Source of the DNA: Eledone cirrhosa
Taxonomy: Eukaryota
DNA: 64,000 nt
Direction: 5' to 3'
Assembly (NCBI GenBank): GCA_964016885.1
Contig: OZ024756.1
Coordinates: 2,604,001 to 2,668,000 of the forward strand
The translations under genes were made by a program, and so were the position numbers. The notes beneath the pieces were generated by a model. The model was not told the origin of the DNA. It ran no database searches and worked only from the letters and a program-made list of their open reading frames with translations. Shown here one piece after another: positions 40,951-55,300 of this stretch (its first letter is position 1; every line of letters begins with the position of its first letter).

Positions 40951-43900
40951 TGTCAAGTCAGTGTCACTACTATTGCAGTGTATGTCAAGTCAGTACCACT
41001 ACTACTAAAGTGTATGTCAAGTCGGTGACACTACTACTGCAGTGTATGTCAAGTCGGTGTCACTACTACTGCAGTCCATGTCAAGTCGGTGTCACTACTA
41101 TTGCAGTGTATGTCAAGTCACTGTCACTACTACTGCAGTGTATGTCAAGTCAGTACCACTACTACTGAAGTGTATGTCAAGTCGGTGTCACTACTACTGC
41201 AGTCCATGTCAAGTCGGTGTCACTACTACTGTAGTGTATGTCAAGTCAGTGTCACTACTACTGCAGTGTATGTCAAGTCAGTGTCACTACTACTGAAGTG
41301 TATGTCAAGTCAGTGTCACTACTACTGCAGTTAATGTCAAGTCAGTGTCACTACTACTGCAGTGTATGTCAAGTCAGTGTCACTACTACTGCAGTCCATG
41401 TCAAGTCGGTGTCACTACTACTGCAGTGTATGTCAAGTCAGTGTCACTACTACTGCAGTGTATGTCAAGTCGGTGTCACTACTACTGCAGTGTATGTCAA
41501 GTCAGTGTCCTACTACTGAAGTGTATGTCAAGTCAGTGTCACTACTACTGCAGTGCATGTCTAGTCAGTGTCACTACTACTGCAGTGTATGTCAAGTCAG
41601 TACCACTACTACTGCAGTGTATGTCAAATCAGTATCACTACCACTGCAGTACATGTCAAGTCAGTGTCACTAATACTGAAGTGCATGTCTAGTCAGTGTC
41701 ACTACTACTGCAGTGTATGTCAAGTCAGTGCCACTACTACTGCAGTGTATGTCAAGTCAGTGTCACTACTACTGAAGTGTATGTCAAGTCAGTGTCACTA
41801 CTACTGCAGTACATGTCAAGTCAGTGTCACTACTACTGAAGTGTATGTCAAGTCAGTGTCACTACTACTGCAGTTAATGTCAAGTCAGTGTCACTACAAC
41901 TGCAGTGTATGTCAAGTCAGTGTCACTACTACTGCAGTCCATGTCAAGTCGGTGTCACTACTACTGCAGTGTATGTCAAGTCAGTGTCACTACTACTGCA
42001 GTGTATGTCAAGTCGGTGTCACTACTACTGCAGTACATGTCAAGTCGGTGTCACTACTACTGCAGTGTATGTCAAGTCAGTGTCACTACTACTGCAGTCC
42101 ATGTCAAGTCGGTGTCACTACTACTGCAGTGTATGTCAAGTCAGTGTCACTACTACTGCAGTGTATGTCAAATCAGTATCACTACCACTGCAGTACATGT
42201 CAAGTCAGTGTCACTAATACTGAAGTGCATGTCTAGTCAGTGTCACTACTACTGCAGTGTATGTGAAGTCAGTGCCACTACTACTGAAGTGTATGTCAAG
42301 TCAGTGTCACCACTACTGCAGTGTATGTCAAGTCAGTACCACTACTACTGCAGTACATGTCAAGTCAGTGTCACTACTACTGCAGTACATGTCAAGTCAG
42401 TGTCACTACTACTGAAGTGCATGTCAAGTCAGTGCCACTACTACTGCAGTGCATGTCAAGTCAGTGCAACTACTACTGCAGTGCATGTCAAGTCAGTGCC
42501 TCTACTACTGCAGTGCATGTCAAGTTAGTGCCACTACTACTGCAGTGTATGTCAAGTCAGTGCCTCTACTACTGCAGTGCATGTCAAGACAGTGTCACTA
42601 CTACTGCAGTGTATGTCAAGTCAGTGTCACTACTACTGCAGTGTATGTCAAGTCAGTATGACTACTACTGCAGTGCATGTCAAGTCAGTGCCACTACTAC
42701 TGCAGTATATGTCAAGTCAGTGTCACTACTACTGCAGTGTATGTCAAGTCAGTGTCACTACTACTGCAGTGTATGTCAAGTCAGTACCACTACTACTGCA
42801 GTGTATGTCAAGTCGGTGTCACTACTACTGCAGTCCATGTCAAGTCGGTGTCACTACTACTGTAGTGTATGTCAAGTCAGTGTCACTACTACTGCAGTGT
42901 ATGTCAAGTCAGTGTCACTACTACTGAAGTGTATGTCAAGTCAGTGTCACTACTACTGCAGTTAATGTCAAGTCAGTGTCACTACTACTGCAGTGTATGT
43001 CAAGTCAGTGTCACTACTACTGCAGTGTATGTCAAGTCAGTACCACTACTACTGCAGTGTATGTCAAGTCGGTGTCACTACTACTGCAGTCCATGTCAAG
43101 TCAGTGTCACTAATACTGAAGTGCATGTCTAGTCAGTGTCACTACTACTGCAGTGTATGTCAAGTCAGTGCCACTACTACTGCAGTGTATGTCAAGTCAG
43201 TGTCACTACTACTGAAGTGTATGTCAAGTCAGTGTCACTACTACTGCAGTACATGTCAAGTCAGTGTCACTACTACTGAAGTGTATGTCAAGTCAGTGCC
43301 ACTACTACTGCAGTACATGTCAAGTCAGTGTCACTACTACTGCAGTGTATGTCAAGTCAGTACCACTACTACTGCAGTGTATGTCAAGTCGGTGACACTA
43401 CTACTGCAGTACATGTCAAGTCAGTGTCACTACTACTGAAGTGTATGTCAACCAGTGCCACTACTACTGCAGTGCATGTCAAGTCAGTGTCACTACTACT
43501 GCAGTGTATGTCAAGTCAGTGTCACTACTACTGCAGTGTATGTCAAGTCGGTGTCACTACTACTGCAGTGTATGTCAAGTCAGTGTCCTACTACTGAAGT
43601 GTATGTCAAGTCAGTGTCACTACTACTGCAGTGTATGTCAAGTCAGTGTCACTACTACTGAAGTGCATGTCTAGTCAGTGTCACTACTACTGCAGTGTAT
43701 GTCAAGTCGGTGACACTACTACTGCAGTACATGTCAAGTCAGTGTCACTACTACTGAAGTGTATGTCAACCAGTGCCACTACTACTGCAGTGCATGTCAA
43801 GTCAGTGTCACTACTACTGCAGTGTATGTCAAGTCAGTGCCACTACTACTGCACTGTATGTCAAGTCAGTGTCACTACTACTGCACTGTATGTCAAGTCA

Positions 43901-46329
43901 GTGTCACTACTACTGCAGTACATGTCAAGTCAGTGTCACTACTACTGAAGTGCATGTCAAGTCAGTGTCACTACTACTTAAGTGCATGTCAAGTCACTGT
44001 CACTACTACTGCAGTGTATGTCAAGTCAGTGTCACTACTACTGCAGTGTATGTCAAGTCAGTGTCACTACTACTGCAGTGTATGTCAAGTCAGTGTCACT
44101 ACTACTGAAGTGTATGTCAAGTCAGTGCCACTACTACTGCAGTGAATGTAAAGTCAGTGCCACTACTACTGCAGTGTATGTCAAGTCAGTGTCACTACTA
44201 CTGCAGTGTATGTCAAGTCAGTGTCACTACTACTGCAGTGTATGTCAAGTCAGTGTCACTACTACTGAAGTGTATGTCAAGTCAGTGTCACTACTATTGC
44301 AGTGTATGTCAAGTCAGTACCACTACTACTGAAGTGTATGTCAAGTCGGTGACACTACTACTGCAGTGTATGTCAAGTCGGTGTCACTACTACTGCAGTC
44401 CATGTCAAGTCGGTGTCACTACTACTGCAGTGTATGTCAAGTCACTGTCACTACTACTGCAGTGTATGTCAAGTCAGTACCACTACTACTGAAGTGTATG
44501 TCAAGTCAGTGTCACCACTACTGCAGTGTATGTCAAGTCAGTACCACTACTACTGGAGTACATGTCAAGTCAGTGTCACTACTACTGCAGTACATGTCAA
44601 GTCAGTGTCACTACTACTGAAGTGCATGTCAAGTCAGTGCCACTACTACTGCAGTGCATGTCAAGTCAGTGCAACTACTACTGCAGTGCATGTCAAGTCA
44701 GTGCCTCTACTACTGCAGTGCATGTCAAGTTAGTGCCACTACTACTGCAGTGTATGTCAAGTCAGTGCCTCTACTACTGCAGTGCATGTCAAGACAGTGT
44801 CACTACTACTGCAGTGTATGTCAAGTCAGTGTCACTACTACTGCAGTGTATGTCAAGTCAGTATGACTACTACTGCAGTGCATGTCAAGTCAGTGCCACT
44901 ACAACTGCAGTATATGTCAAGTCAGTGTCACTACTACTGCAGTGTATGTCAAGTCAGTGTCACTACTACTGCAGTGTATGTCAAGTCAGTATCACTACTA
45001 CTGCAGTGTATGTCAAGTCAGTGTCACTACAACTGCAGAGCATGTCAAGTCAGTGTCACTGCTACTGCAGTGTATGTCAAGTCAGTACCACTACTACTGA
45101 AGTGCATGTAAAGTCAGTGTCACTACTACTGAAGTGCATGTCAAGTCAGTGTCACTACTACTGAAGTGTATGTCAAGTCAGTGCCACTACTACTGCAGTA
45201 CATGTCAAGTTAGTGCCACTACTACTGCAGTGTATGTCAAGTCAGTGTCACTACTACTGAAGTGTATGTCAAGTCAGTGCCACTACTACTGCAGAACATG
45301 TCAAGTCAGTGTCACTACTACTGAAGTGTATGTCAAGTCAGTGTCACTGCTACTGCAGTGTCTGGCAAGTCAGTACCACTACTACTGCAGTGTATGTCAA
45401 GTCGGTGACACTACTACTGCAGTGTATGTCAAGTCAGTGTCACTACTACTGCACTATATGTCAAGTCAATGTCACTACTACTGCAGTACATGTCAAGTCA
45501 GTGTCACTACTACTGAAGTGCATGTCTAGTCAGTGTCACTACTACTGCAATGTATGTCAAGTCAGTGTCACTACTCCTGCAGTGCATGTCAAGTCAGTGT
45601 CACTACTACTGCAGTGTATGTCAAGTCAGTGCCACTATACTGCAGTGCATGTCAAGTCAGTGTCACTACTACTGCAATGTATGTCAAGTCAGTGTCACTA
45701 CTACTGCAGTGTATGTCAAGTCACTGTCACTACTACTGCAGTACATGTCAAGTCAGTGTCACTACTACTGCAGTACATGTCAAGTCAGTGCCACTACTAC
45801 TGCAGTGCATGTCAAATCAGTGTCACTACTACTGCAGTGTATGTCAAGTCAGTGTCACTACTACTGCAGTGTATGTCAAGTCAGTGTCACTACTACTGCA
45901 GTACATGTCAAGTCAGTGTCACTACTACTGCAGTGCATGTCAAGTCAGTGCCTCAACTACTGCAGTGCATGTCAAGTCAGTGCCACTACTACTGCAGTGC
46001 ATGTTAAGTCAGTGTCACTACTACTGCAGTGTATGTCAAGTCAGTGTCACTACTACTGCAGTGCATGTCAAGTCAGTGTCACTACTACTGCAGTGCATGT
46101 CAAGTCAGTGCCACTACTACTGCAGTATATGTCAAGTCAGTGCCACTACTTCTGCAGTGTATGTCAAGTCAGTGTCACTACTACTGCAGTGTATGTCAAG
46201 TCAGTGTCACTACTACTGCAGTGTATGTCAAGTCAGTGTCACTACAACTGCAGTGCATGTCAAGTCAGTGTCACTACTACTGCAGTGTATGTCAAGTCAG
46301 TGTCACTACTACTGCAGTGTATGTCAAGT

Positions 46330-49300
46330 CAGTGTCACTACTACTGCAGAGCATGTCAAGTCTGTGTCACTGCTGCTGCAGTGTATGTCAAGTCAGTACC
46401 ACTACTACTGCAGTGTATGTGAAGTCAGTGTCACTACTACTGCAGTGTATGTCAAGTCAGTGCCACTACTACTGCAGTGTATGTCAAGTCAGTGTCACTA
46501 CTACTGAAGTGTACGTCAAGTCAGTGTCACTACTACTGCAGTGTATGTCAAGTCAGTGTCACTACAACTGCAGAGCATGTCAAGTCTGTGTCACTGCTGC
46601 TGCAGTGTATGTCAAGTCAGTACCACTACTACTGCAGTGTATGTCAAGTCAGTGTCACTACTACTGCAGTGTATATCAAGTCAGTGCCACTACTACTGCA
46701 GTGCATGTCAAGTCAGTGTCACTACTACTGCAGTGTATGTCAAGTCAGTGTCACTACTACTGCAGTGTATGTCAAGCCAGTGTCACTACTACTGCAGTGT
46801 ATGTCAATTCAGTGTCACTACTACTGAAGTGTATGTCAAGTCAGTGTGACTACTACTGAAGTGTATGTCAAGTCAGTGTAACTACTACTGCAGTACATGT
46901 CAAGTCAGTGTCACTACTACTGAAGTGCATGTCAATCTGTGACACTACTACTGCAGTACATGTCAAGTCAGTGTCACTACTAATGCACTGTATGTCAAAT
47001 CAGTTTCACTACTAATGCAGTACATGTCAAGTCGGTGTCACTACTACTGCAGTGTATGTCAAGTCAGTGTCACTACTACTGCAGTGTATGTCAAGTCAGT
47101 GTCACTACTACTGCAGTGTATGTCAAGTCAGTGTCACTACTACTGCAGTGTATGTCAAGTCAGTGTCGCTACTACTGAAGTGTATGTCAAGTCAGTGTCA
47201 CTACTACTGAAGTGCGTGTCTAGTCAGTGTCACTACTACTGCAGTGTATGTCAAGTCAGTACCACTACTACTGCAGTGTATGTCAAATCAGTATCACTAC
47301 CACTGCAGTAAATGTCAAGTCAGTGTCACTACTACTGCAGTGTATGTCAAGTCAGTACCACTACTACTGCAGTGTATGTCAAGTCGGTGACACTACTACT
47401 GCAGTGTATGTCAAGTCAGTGCCACTACTACTGCAGTACATGTGAAGTCAGTGTCACTACTACTGCAGTGTATGTCAACCAGTGCCACTACTACTGCAGT
47501 GTATGTCAAGTCAGTGCCACTACTACTGCAGTGTATGTCAAGTCAGTGTCACTACTACTGCAGTGTATGTCAAGTCAGTGTCACTACTACTGCACTGTAT
47601 GTCAAGTCAGTGTCACTACTACTGCAGTACATGTCAAGTCAGTGTCACTACTACTGCAGTACATGTCAAGTCAGTGTCACTACTACTGAAGTGCATGTCT
47701 AGTCAGTGTCACTACTACTGCAGTGTATGTCAAGTCAGTGCCACTACTACTGCAGTGTATGTCAAGTCAGTGTCACTACTACTGCAGTGTATGTCAAGTC
47801 AGTGCCACTACTACTGCAGTGTATGTCTAGTCAGTGTCACTACTACTGCAATGTAGGTCAAGTCAGTGTCACTACTACTGCAGTGTATGTCAAGTCAGTG
47901 TCACTACTACTGCAGTGTATGTCAAGTCAGTGCCACTACTACTGCAGTGTATGTCTAGTCAGTGTTACTACTACTGCAGTGCATGTCAAGTCAGTGCCAC
48001 TACTACTGCAGTGTATGTCAAGTCAGTGTCACTACTACTGCAGTGTATGTCAAGTCAGTGCTACTACTACTGCAGTGTATGTCTAGTCAGTGCCACTACT
48101 ACTGCAGTGTATGTCTAGTCAGTGCCACTACTACTGCAGTGTATGTCAAGTCAGTGTCACTACTACTGCAGAGCATGTCAAGTCTGTGTCACTGCTGCTG
48201 CAGTGTATGTCAAGTCAGTACCACTACTACTGCAGTGTATGTGAAGTCAGTGTCACTACTACTGCAGTGTATGTCAAGTCAGTGCCACTACTACTGCAGT
48301 GTATGTCAAGTCAGTGTCACTACTACTGAAGTGTACGTCAAGTCAGTGTCACTACTACTGCAGTGTATGTCAAGTCAGTGTCACTACAACTGCAGAGCAT
48401 GTCAAGTCTGTGTCACTGCTGCTGCAGTGTATGTCAAGTCAGTACCACTACTACTGCAGTGTATGTCAAGTCAGTGTCACTACTACTGCAGTGTATGTCA
48501 AGCCAGTGTCACTACTACTGCAGTGTATGTCAATTCAGTGTCACTACTACTGAAGTGTATGTCAAGTCAGTGTGACTACTACTGAAGTGTATGTCAAGTC
48601 AGTGTAACTACTACTGCAGTACATGTCAAGTCAGTGTCACTACTACTGAAGTGCATGTCAATCTGTGACACTACTACTGCAGTACATGTCAAGTCAGTGT
48701 CACTACTAATGCACTGTATGTCAAATCAGTTTCACTACTAATGCAGTACATGTCAAGTCGGTGTCACTACTACTGCAGTGTATGTCAAGTCAGTGTCACT
48801 ACTACTGCAGTGTATGTCAAGTCAGTGTCACTACTACTGCAGTGTATGTCAAGTCAGTGTCACTACTACTGCAGTGTATGTCAAGTCAGTGTCGCTACTA
48901 CTGAAGTGTATGTCAAGTCAGTGTCACTACTACTGAAGTGCGTGTCTAGTCAGTGTCACTACTACTGCAGTGTATGTCAAGTCAGTACCACTACTACTGC
49001 AGTGTATGTCAAATCAGTATCACTACCACTGCAGTAAATGTCAAGTCAGTGTCACTACTACTGCAGTGTATGTCAAGTCAGTACCACTACTACTGCAGTG
49101 TATGTCAAGTCGGTGACACTACTACTGCAGTGTATGTCAAGTCAGTGCCACTACTACTGCAGTACATGTGAAGTCAGTGTCACTACTACTGCAGTGTATG
49201 TCAACCAGTGCCACTACTACTGCAGTGTATGTCAAGTCAGTGCCACTACTACTGCAGTGTATGTCAAGTCAGTGTCACTACTACTGCAGTGTATGTCAAG

Positions 49301-52300
49301 TCAGTGTCACTACTACTGCACTGTATGTCAAGTCAGTGTCACTACTACTGCAGTACATGTCAAGTCAGTGTCACTACTACTGCAGTACATGTCAAGTCAG
49401 TGTCACTACTACTGAAGTGCATGTCTAGTCAGTGTCACTACTACTGCAGTGTATGTCAAGTCAGTGCCACTACTACTGCAGTGTATGTCAAGTCAGTGTC
49501 ACTACTACTGCAGTGTATGTCAAGTCAGTGCCACTACTACTGCAGTGTATGTCTAGTCAGTGTCACTACTACTGCAATGTAGGTCAAGTCAGTGTCACTA
49601 CTACTGCAGTGTATGTCAAGTCAGTGTCACTACTACTGCAGTGTATGTCAAGTCAGTGCCACTACTACTGCAGTGTATGTCTAGTCAGTGTTACTACTAC
49701 TGCAGTGCATGTCAAGTCAGTGCCACTACTACTGCAGTGTATGTCAAGTCAGTGTCACTACTACTGCAGTGTATGTCAAGTCAGTGCTACTACTACTGCA
49801 GTGTATGTCTAGTCAGTGCCACTACTACTGCAGTGTATGTCTAGTCAGTGCCACTACTACTGCAGTGTATGTCAAGTCAGTGTCACTACTACTGCAGAGC
49901 ATGTCAAGTCTGTGTCACTGCTGCTGCAGTGTATGTCAAGTCAGTACCACTACTACTGCAGTGTATGTGAAGTCAGTGTCACTACTACTGCAGTGTATGT
50001 CAAGTCAGTGCCACTACTACTGCAGTGTATGTCAAGTCAGTGTCACTACTACTGAAGTGTACGTCAAGTCAGTGTCACTACTACTGCAGTGTATGTCAAG
50101 TCAGTGTCACTACAACTGCAGAGCATGTCAAGTCTGTGTCACTGCTGCTGCAGTGTATGTCAAGTCAGTACCACTACTACTGCAGTGTATGTCAAGTCAG
50201 TGTCACTACTACTGCAGTGTATATCAAGTCAGTGCCACTACTACTGCAGTGCATGTCAAGTCAGTGTCACTACTACTGCAGTGTATGTCAAGTCAGTGTC
50301 ACTACTACTGCAGTGTATGTCAAGCCAGTGTCACTACTACTGCAGTGTATGTCAATTCAGTGTCACTACTACTGAAGTGTATGTCAAGTCAGTGTGACTA
50401 CTACTGAAGTGTATGTCAAGTCAGTGTAACTACTACTGCAGTACATGTCAAGTCAGTGTCACTACTACTGAAGTGCATGTCAATCTGTGACACTACTACT
50501 GCAGTACATGTCAAGTCAGTGTCACTACTAATGCACTGTATGTCAAATCAGTTTCACTACTAATGCAGTACATGTCAAGTCGGTGTCACTACTACTGCAG
50601 TGTATGTCAAGTCAGTGTCACTACTACTGCAGTGTATGTCAAGTCAGTGTCACTACTACTGCAGTGTATGTCAAGTCAGTGTCACTACTACTGCAGTGTA
50701 TGTCAAGTCAGTGTCGCTACTACTGAAGTGTATGTCAAGTCAGTGTCACTACTACTGAAGTGCGTGTCTAGTCAGTGTCACTACTACTGCAGTGTATGTC
50801 AAGTCAGTACCACTACTACTGCAGTGTATGTCAAATCAGTATCACTACCACTGCAGTAAATGTCAAGTCAGTGTCACTACTACTGCAGTGTATGTCAAGT
50901 CAGTACCACTACTACTGCAGTGTATGTCAAGTCGGTGACACTACTACTGCAGTGTATGTCAAGTCAGTGCCACTACTACTGCAGTACATGTGAAGTCAGT
51001 GTCACTACTACTGCAGTGTATGTCAACCAGTGCCACTACTACTGCAGTGTATGTCAAGTCAGTGCCACTACTACTGCAGTGTATGTCAAGTCAGTGTCAC
51101 TACTACTGCAGTGTATGTCAAGTCAGTGTCACTACTACTGCACTGTATGTCAAGTCAGTGTCACTACTACTGCAGTACATGTCAAGTCAGTGTCACTACT
51201 ACTGCAGTACATGTCAAGTCAGTGTCACTACTACTGAAGTGCATGTCTAGTCAGTGTCACTACTACTGCAGTGTATGTCAAGTCAGTGCCACTACTACTG
51301 CAGTGTATGTCAAGTCAGTGTCACTACTACTGCAGTGTATGTCAAGTCAGTGCCACTACTACTGCAGTGTATGTCTAGTCAGTGTCACTACTACTGCAAT
51401 GTAGGTCAAGTCAGTGTCACTACTACTGCAGTGTATGTCAAGTCAGTGTCACTACTACTGCAGTGTATGTCAAGTCAGTGCCACTACTACTGCAGTGTAT
51501 GTCTAGTCAGTGTTACTACTACTGCAGTGCATGTCAAGTCAGTGCCACTACTACTGCAGTGTATGTCAAGTCAGTGTCACTACTACTGCAGTGTATGTCA
51601 AGTCAGTGCTACTACTACTGCAGTGTATGTCTAGTCAGTGCCACTACTACTGCAGTGTATGTCTAGTCAGTGCCACTACTACTGCAGTGTATGTCAAGTC
51701 AGTGTCACTACTACTGCAGAGCATGTCAAGTCTGTGTCACTGCTGCTGCAGTGTATGTCAAGTCAGTACCACTACTACTGCAGTGTATGTGAAGTCAGTG
51801 TCACTACTACTGCAGTGTATGTCAAGTCAGTGCCACTACTACTGCAGTGTATGTCAAGTCAGTGTCACTACTACTGAAGTGTACGTCAAGTCAGTGTCAC
51901 TACTACTGCAGTGTATGTCAAGTCAGTGTCACTACAACTGCAGAGCATGTCAAGTCTGTGTCACTGCTGCTGCAGTGTATGTCAAGTCAGTACCACTACT
52001 ACTGCAGTGTATGTCAAGTCAGTGTCACTACTACTGCAGTGTATATCAAGTCAGTGCCACTACTACTGCAGTGCATGTCAAGTCAGTGTCACTACTACTG
52101 CAGTGTATGTCAAGTCAGTGTCACTACTACTGCAGTGTATGTCAAGTCAGTGTCACTACTACTGCAGTGTATGTCAATTCAGTGTCACTACTACTGAAGT
52201 GTATGTCAAGTCAGTGTGACTACTACTGAAGTGTATGTCAAGTCAGTGTAACTACTACTGCAGTACATGTCAAGTCAGTGTCACTACTACTGAAGTGCAT

Positions 52301-55300
52301 GTCAAGTCTGTGACACTACTACTGCAGTACATGTCAAGTCAGTGTCACTACTAATGCACTGTATGTCAAATCAGTTTCACTACTAATGCAGTACATGTCA
52401 AGTCGGTGTCACTACTACTGCAGTGTATGTCAAGTCAGTGTCACTACTACTGCAGTGTATGTCAAGTCAGTGTCACTACTACTGAAGTGTATGTCAAGTC
52501 AGTGTCACTACTACTGCAGTGTATGTCAAGTCAGTGTCACTACTACTGCAGTGTATGTCAAGTCAGTGTCGCTACTACTTAAGTGTATGTCAAGTCAGTG
52601 TCACTACTACTGAAGTGCATGTCTAGTCAGTGTCACTACTACTGCAGTGTATGTCAAGTCAGTACCACTACTACTGCAGTGTATGTCAAGTCGGTGACAC
52701 TACTACTGCAGTGTATGTCAAGTCAGTGCCACTACTACTGCAGTACATGTGAAGTCAGTGTCACTACTACTGCAGTGTATGTCAACCAGTGCCACTACTA
52801 CTGCAGTGTATGTCAAGTCAGTGCCACTACTACTGCAGTGTATGTCAAGTCAGTGTCACTACTACTGCAGTGTATGTCAAGTCAGTGTCACTACTACTGC
52901 ACTGTATGTCAAGTCAGTGTCACTACTACTGCAGTACATGTCAAGTCAGTGTCACTACTACTGCAGTACATGTCAAGTCAGTGTCACTACTACTGAAGTG
53001 CATGTCTAGTCAGTGTCACTACTACTGCAGTGTATGTCAAGTCAGTGCCACTACTACTGCAGTGTATGTCAAGTCAGTGTCACTACTACTGCAGTGTATG
53101 TCAAGTCAGTGCCACTACTACTGCAGTGTATGTCTAGTCAGTGTCACTACTACTGCAATGTAGGTCAAGTCAGTGTCACTACTACTGCAGTGTATGTCAA
53201 GTCAGTGTCACTACTACTGCAGTGTATGTCAAGTCAGTGCCACTACTACTGCAGTGTATGTCTAGTCAGTGTTACTACTACTGCAGTGCATGTCAAGTCA
53301 GTGCCACTACTACTGCAGTGTATGTCAAGTCAGTGTCACTACTACTGCAGTGTATGTCAAGTCAGTGCTACTACTACTGCAGTGTATGTCTAGTCAGTGC
53401 CACTACTACTGCAGTGTATGTCTAGTCAGTGCCACTACTACTGCAGTGTATGTCAAGTCAGTGTCACTACTACTGCAGAGCATGTCAAGTCTGTGTCACT
53501 GCTGCTGCAGTGTATGTCAAGTCAGTACCACTACTACTGCAGTGTATGTGAAGTCAGTGTCACTACTACTGCAGTGTATGTCAAGTCAGTGCCACTACTA
53601 CTGCAGTGTATGTCAAGTCAGTGTCACTACTACTGAAGTGTACGTCAAGTCAGTGTCACTACTACTGCAGTGTATGTCAAGTCAGTGTCACTACAACTGC
53701 AGAGCATGTCAAGTCTGTGTCACTGCTGCTGCAGTGTATGTCAAGTCAGTACCACTACTACTGCAGTGTATGTCAAGTCAGTGTCACTACTACTGCAGTG
53801 TATATCAAGTCAGTGCCACTACTACTGCAGTGCATGTCAAGTCAGTGTCACTACTACTGCAGTGTATGTCAAGTCAGTGTCACTACTACTGCAGTGTATG
53901 TCAAGCCAGTGTCACTACTACTGCAGTGTATGTCAATTCAGTGTCACTACTACTGAAGTGTATGTCAAGTCAGTGTGACTACTACTGAAGTGTATGTCAA
54001 GTCAGTGTAACTACTACTGCAGTACATGTCAAGTCAGTGTCACTACTACTGAAGTGCATGTCAATCTGTGACACTACTACTGCAGTACATGTCAAGTCAG
54101 TGTCACTACTAATGCACTGTATGTCAAATCAGTTTCACTACTAATGCAGTACATGTCAAGTCGGTGTCACTACTACTGCAGTGTATGTCAAGTCAGTGTC
54201 ACTACTACTGCAGTGTATGTCAAGTCAGTGTCACTACTACTGCAGTGTATGTCAAGTCAGTGTCACTACTACTGCAGTGTATGTCAAGTCAGTGTCGCTA
54301 CTACTGAAGTGTATGTCAAGTCAGTGTCACTACTACTGAAGTGCGTGTCTAGTCAGTGTCACTACTACTGCAGTGTATGTCAAGTCAGTACCACTACTAC
54401 TGCAGTGTATGTCAAATCAGTATCACTACCACTGCAGTAAATGTCAAGTCAGTGTCACTACTACTGCAGTGTATGTCAAGTCAGTACCACTACTACTGCA
54501 GTGTATGTCAAGTCGGTGACACTACTACTGCAGTGTATGTCAAGTCAGTGCCACTACTACTGCAGTACATGTGAAGTCAGTGTCACTACTACTGCAGTGT
54601 ATGTCAACCAGTGCCACTACTACTGCAGTGTATGTCAAGTCAGTGCCACTACTACTGCAGTGTATGTCAAGTCAGTGTCACTACTACTGCAGTGTATGTC
54701 AAGTCAGTGTCACTACTACTGCACTGTATGTCAAGTCAGTGTCACTACTACTGCAGTACATGTCAAGTCAGTGTCACTACTACTGCAGTACATGTCAAGT
54801 CAGTGTCACTACTACTGAAGTGCATGTCTAGTCAGTGTCACTACTACTGCAGTGTATGTCAAGTCAGTGCCACTACTACTGCAGTGTATGTCAAGTCAGT
54901 GTCACTACTACTGCAGTGTATGTCAAGTCAGTGCCACTACTACTGCAGTGTATGTCTAGTCAGTGTCACTACTACTGCAATGTAGGTCAAGTCAGTGTCA
55001 CTACTACTGCAGTGTATGTCAAGTCAGTGTCACTACTACTGCAGTGTATGTCAAGTCAGTGCCACTACTACTGCAGTGTATGTCTAGTCAGTGTTACTAC
55101 TACTGCAGTGCATGTCAAGTCAGTGCCACTACTACTGCAGTGTATGTCAAGTCAGTGTCACTACTACTGCAGTGTATGTCAAGTCAGTGCTACTACTACT
55201 GCAGTGTATGTCTAGTCAGTGCCACTACTACTGCAGTGTATGTCTAGTCAGTGCCACTACTACTGCAGTGTATGTCAAGTCAGTGTCACTACTACTGCAG

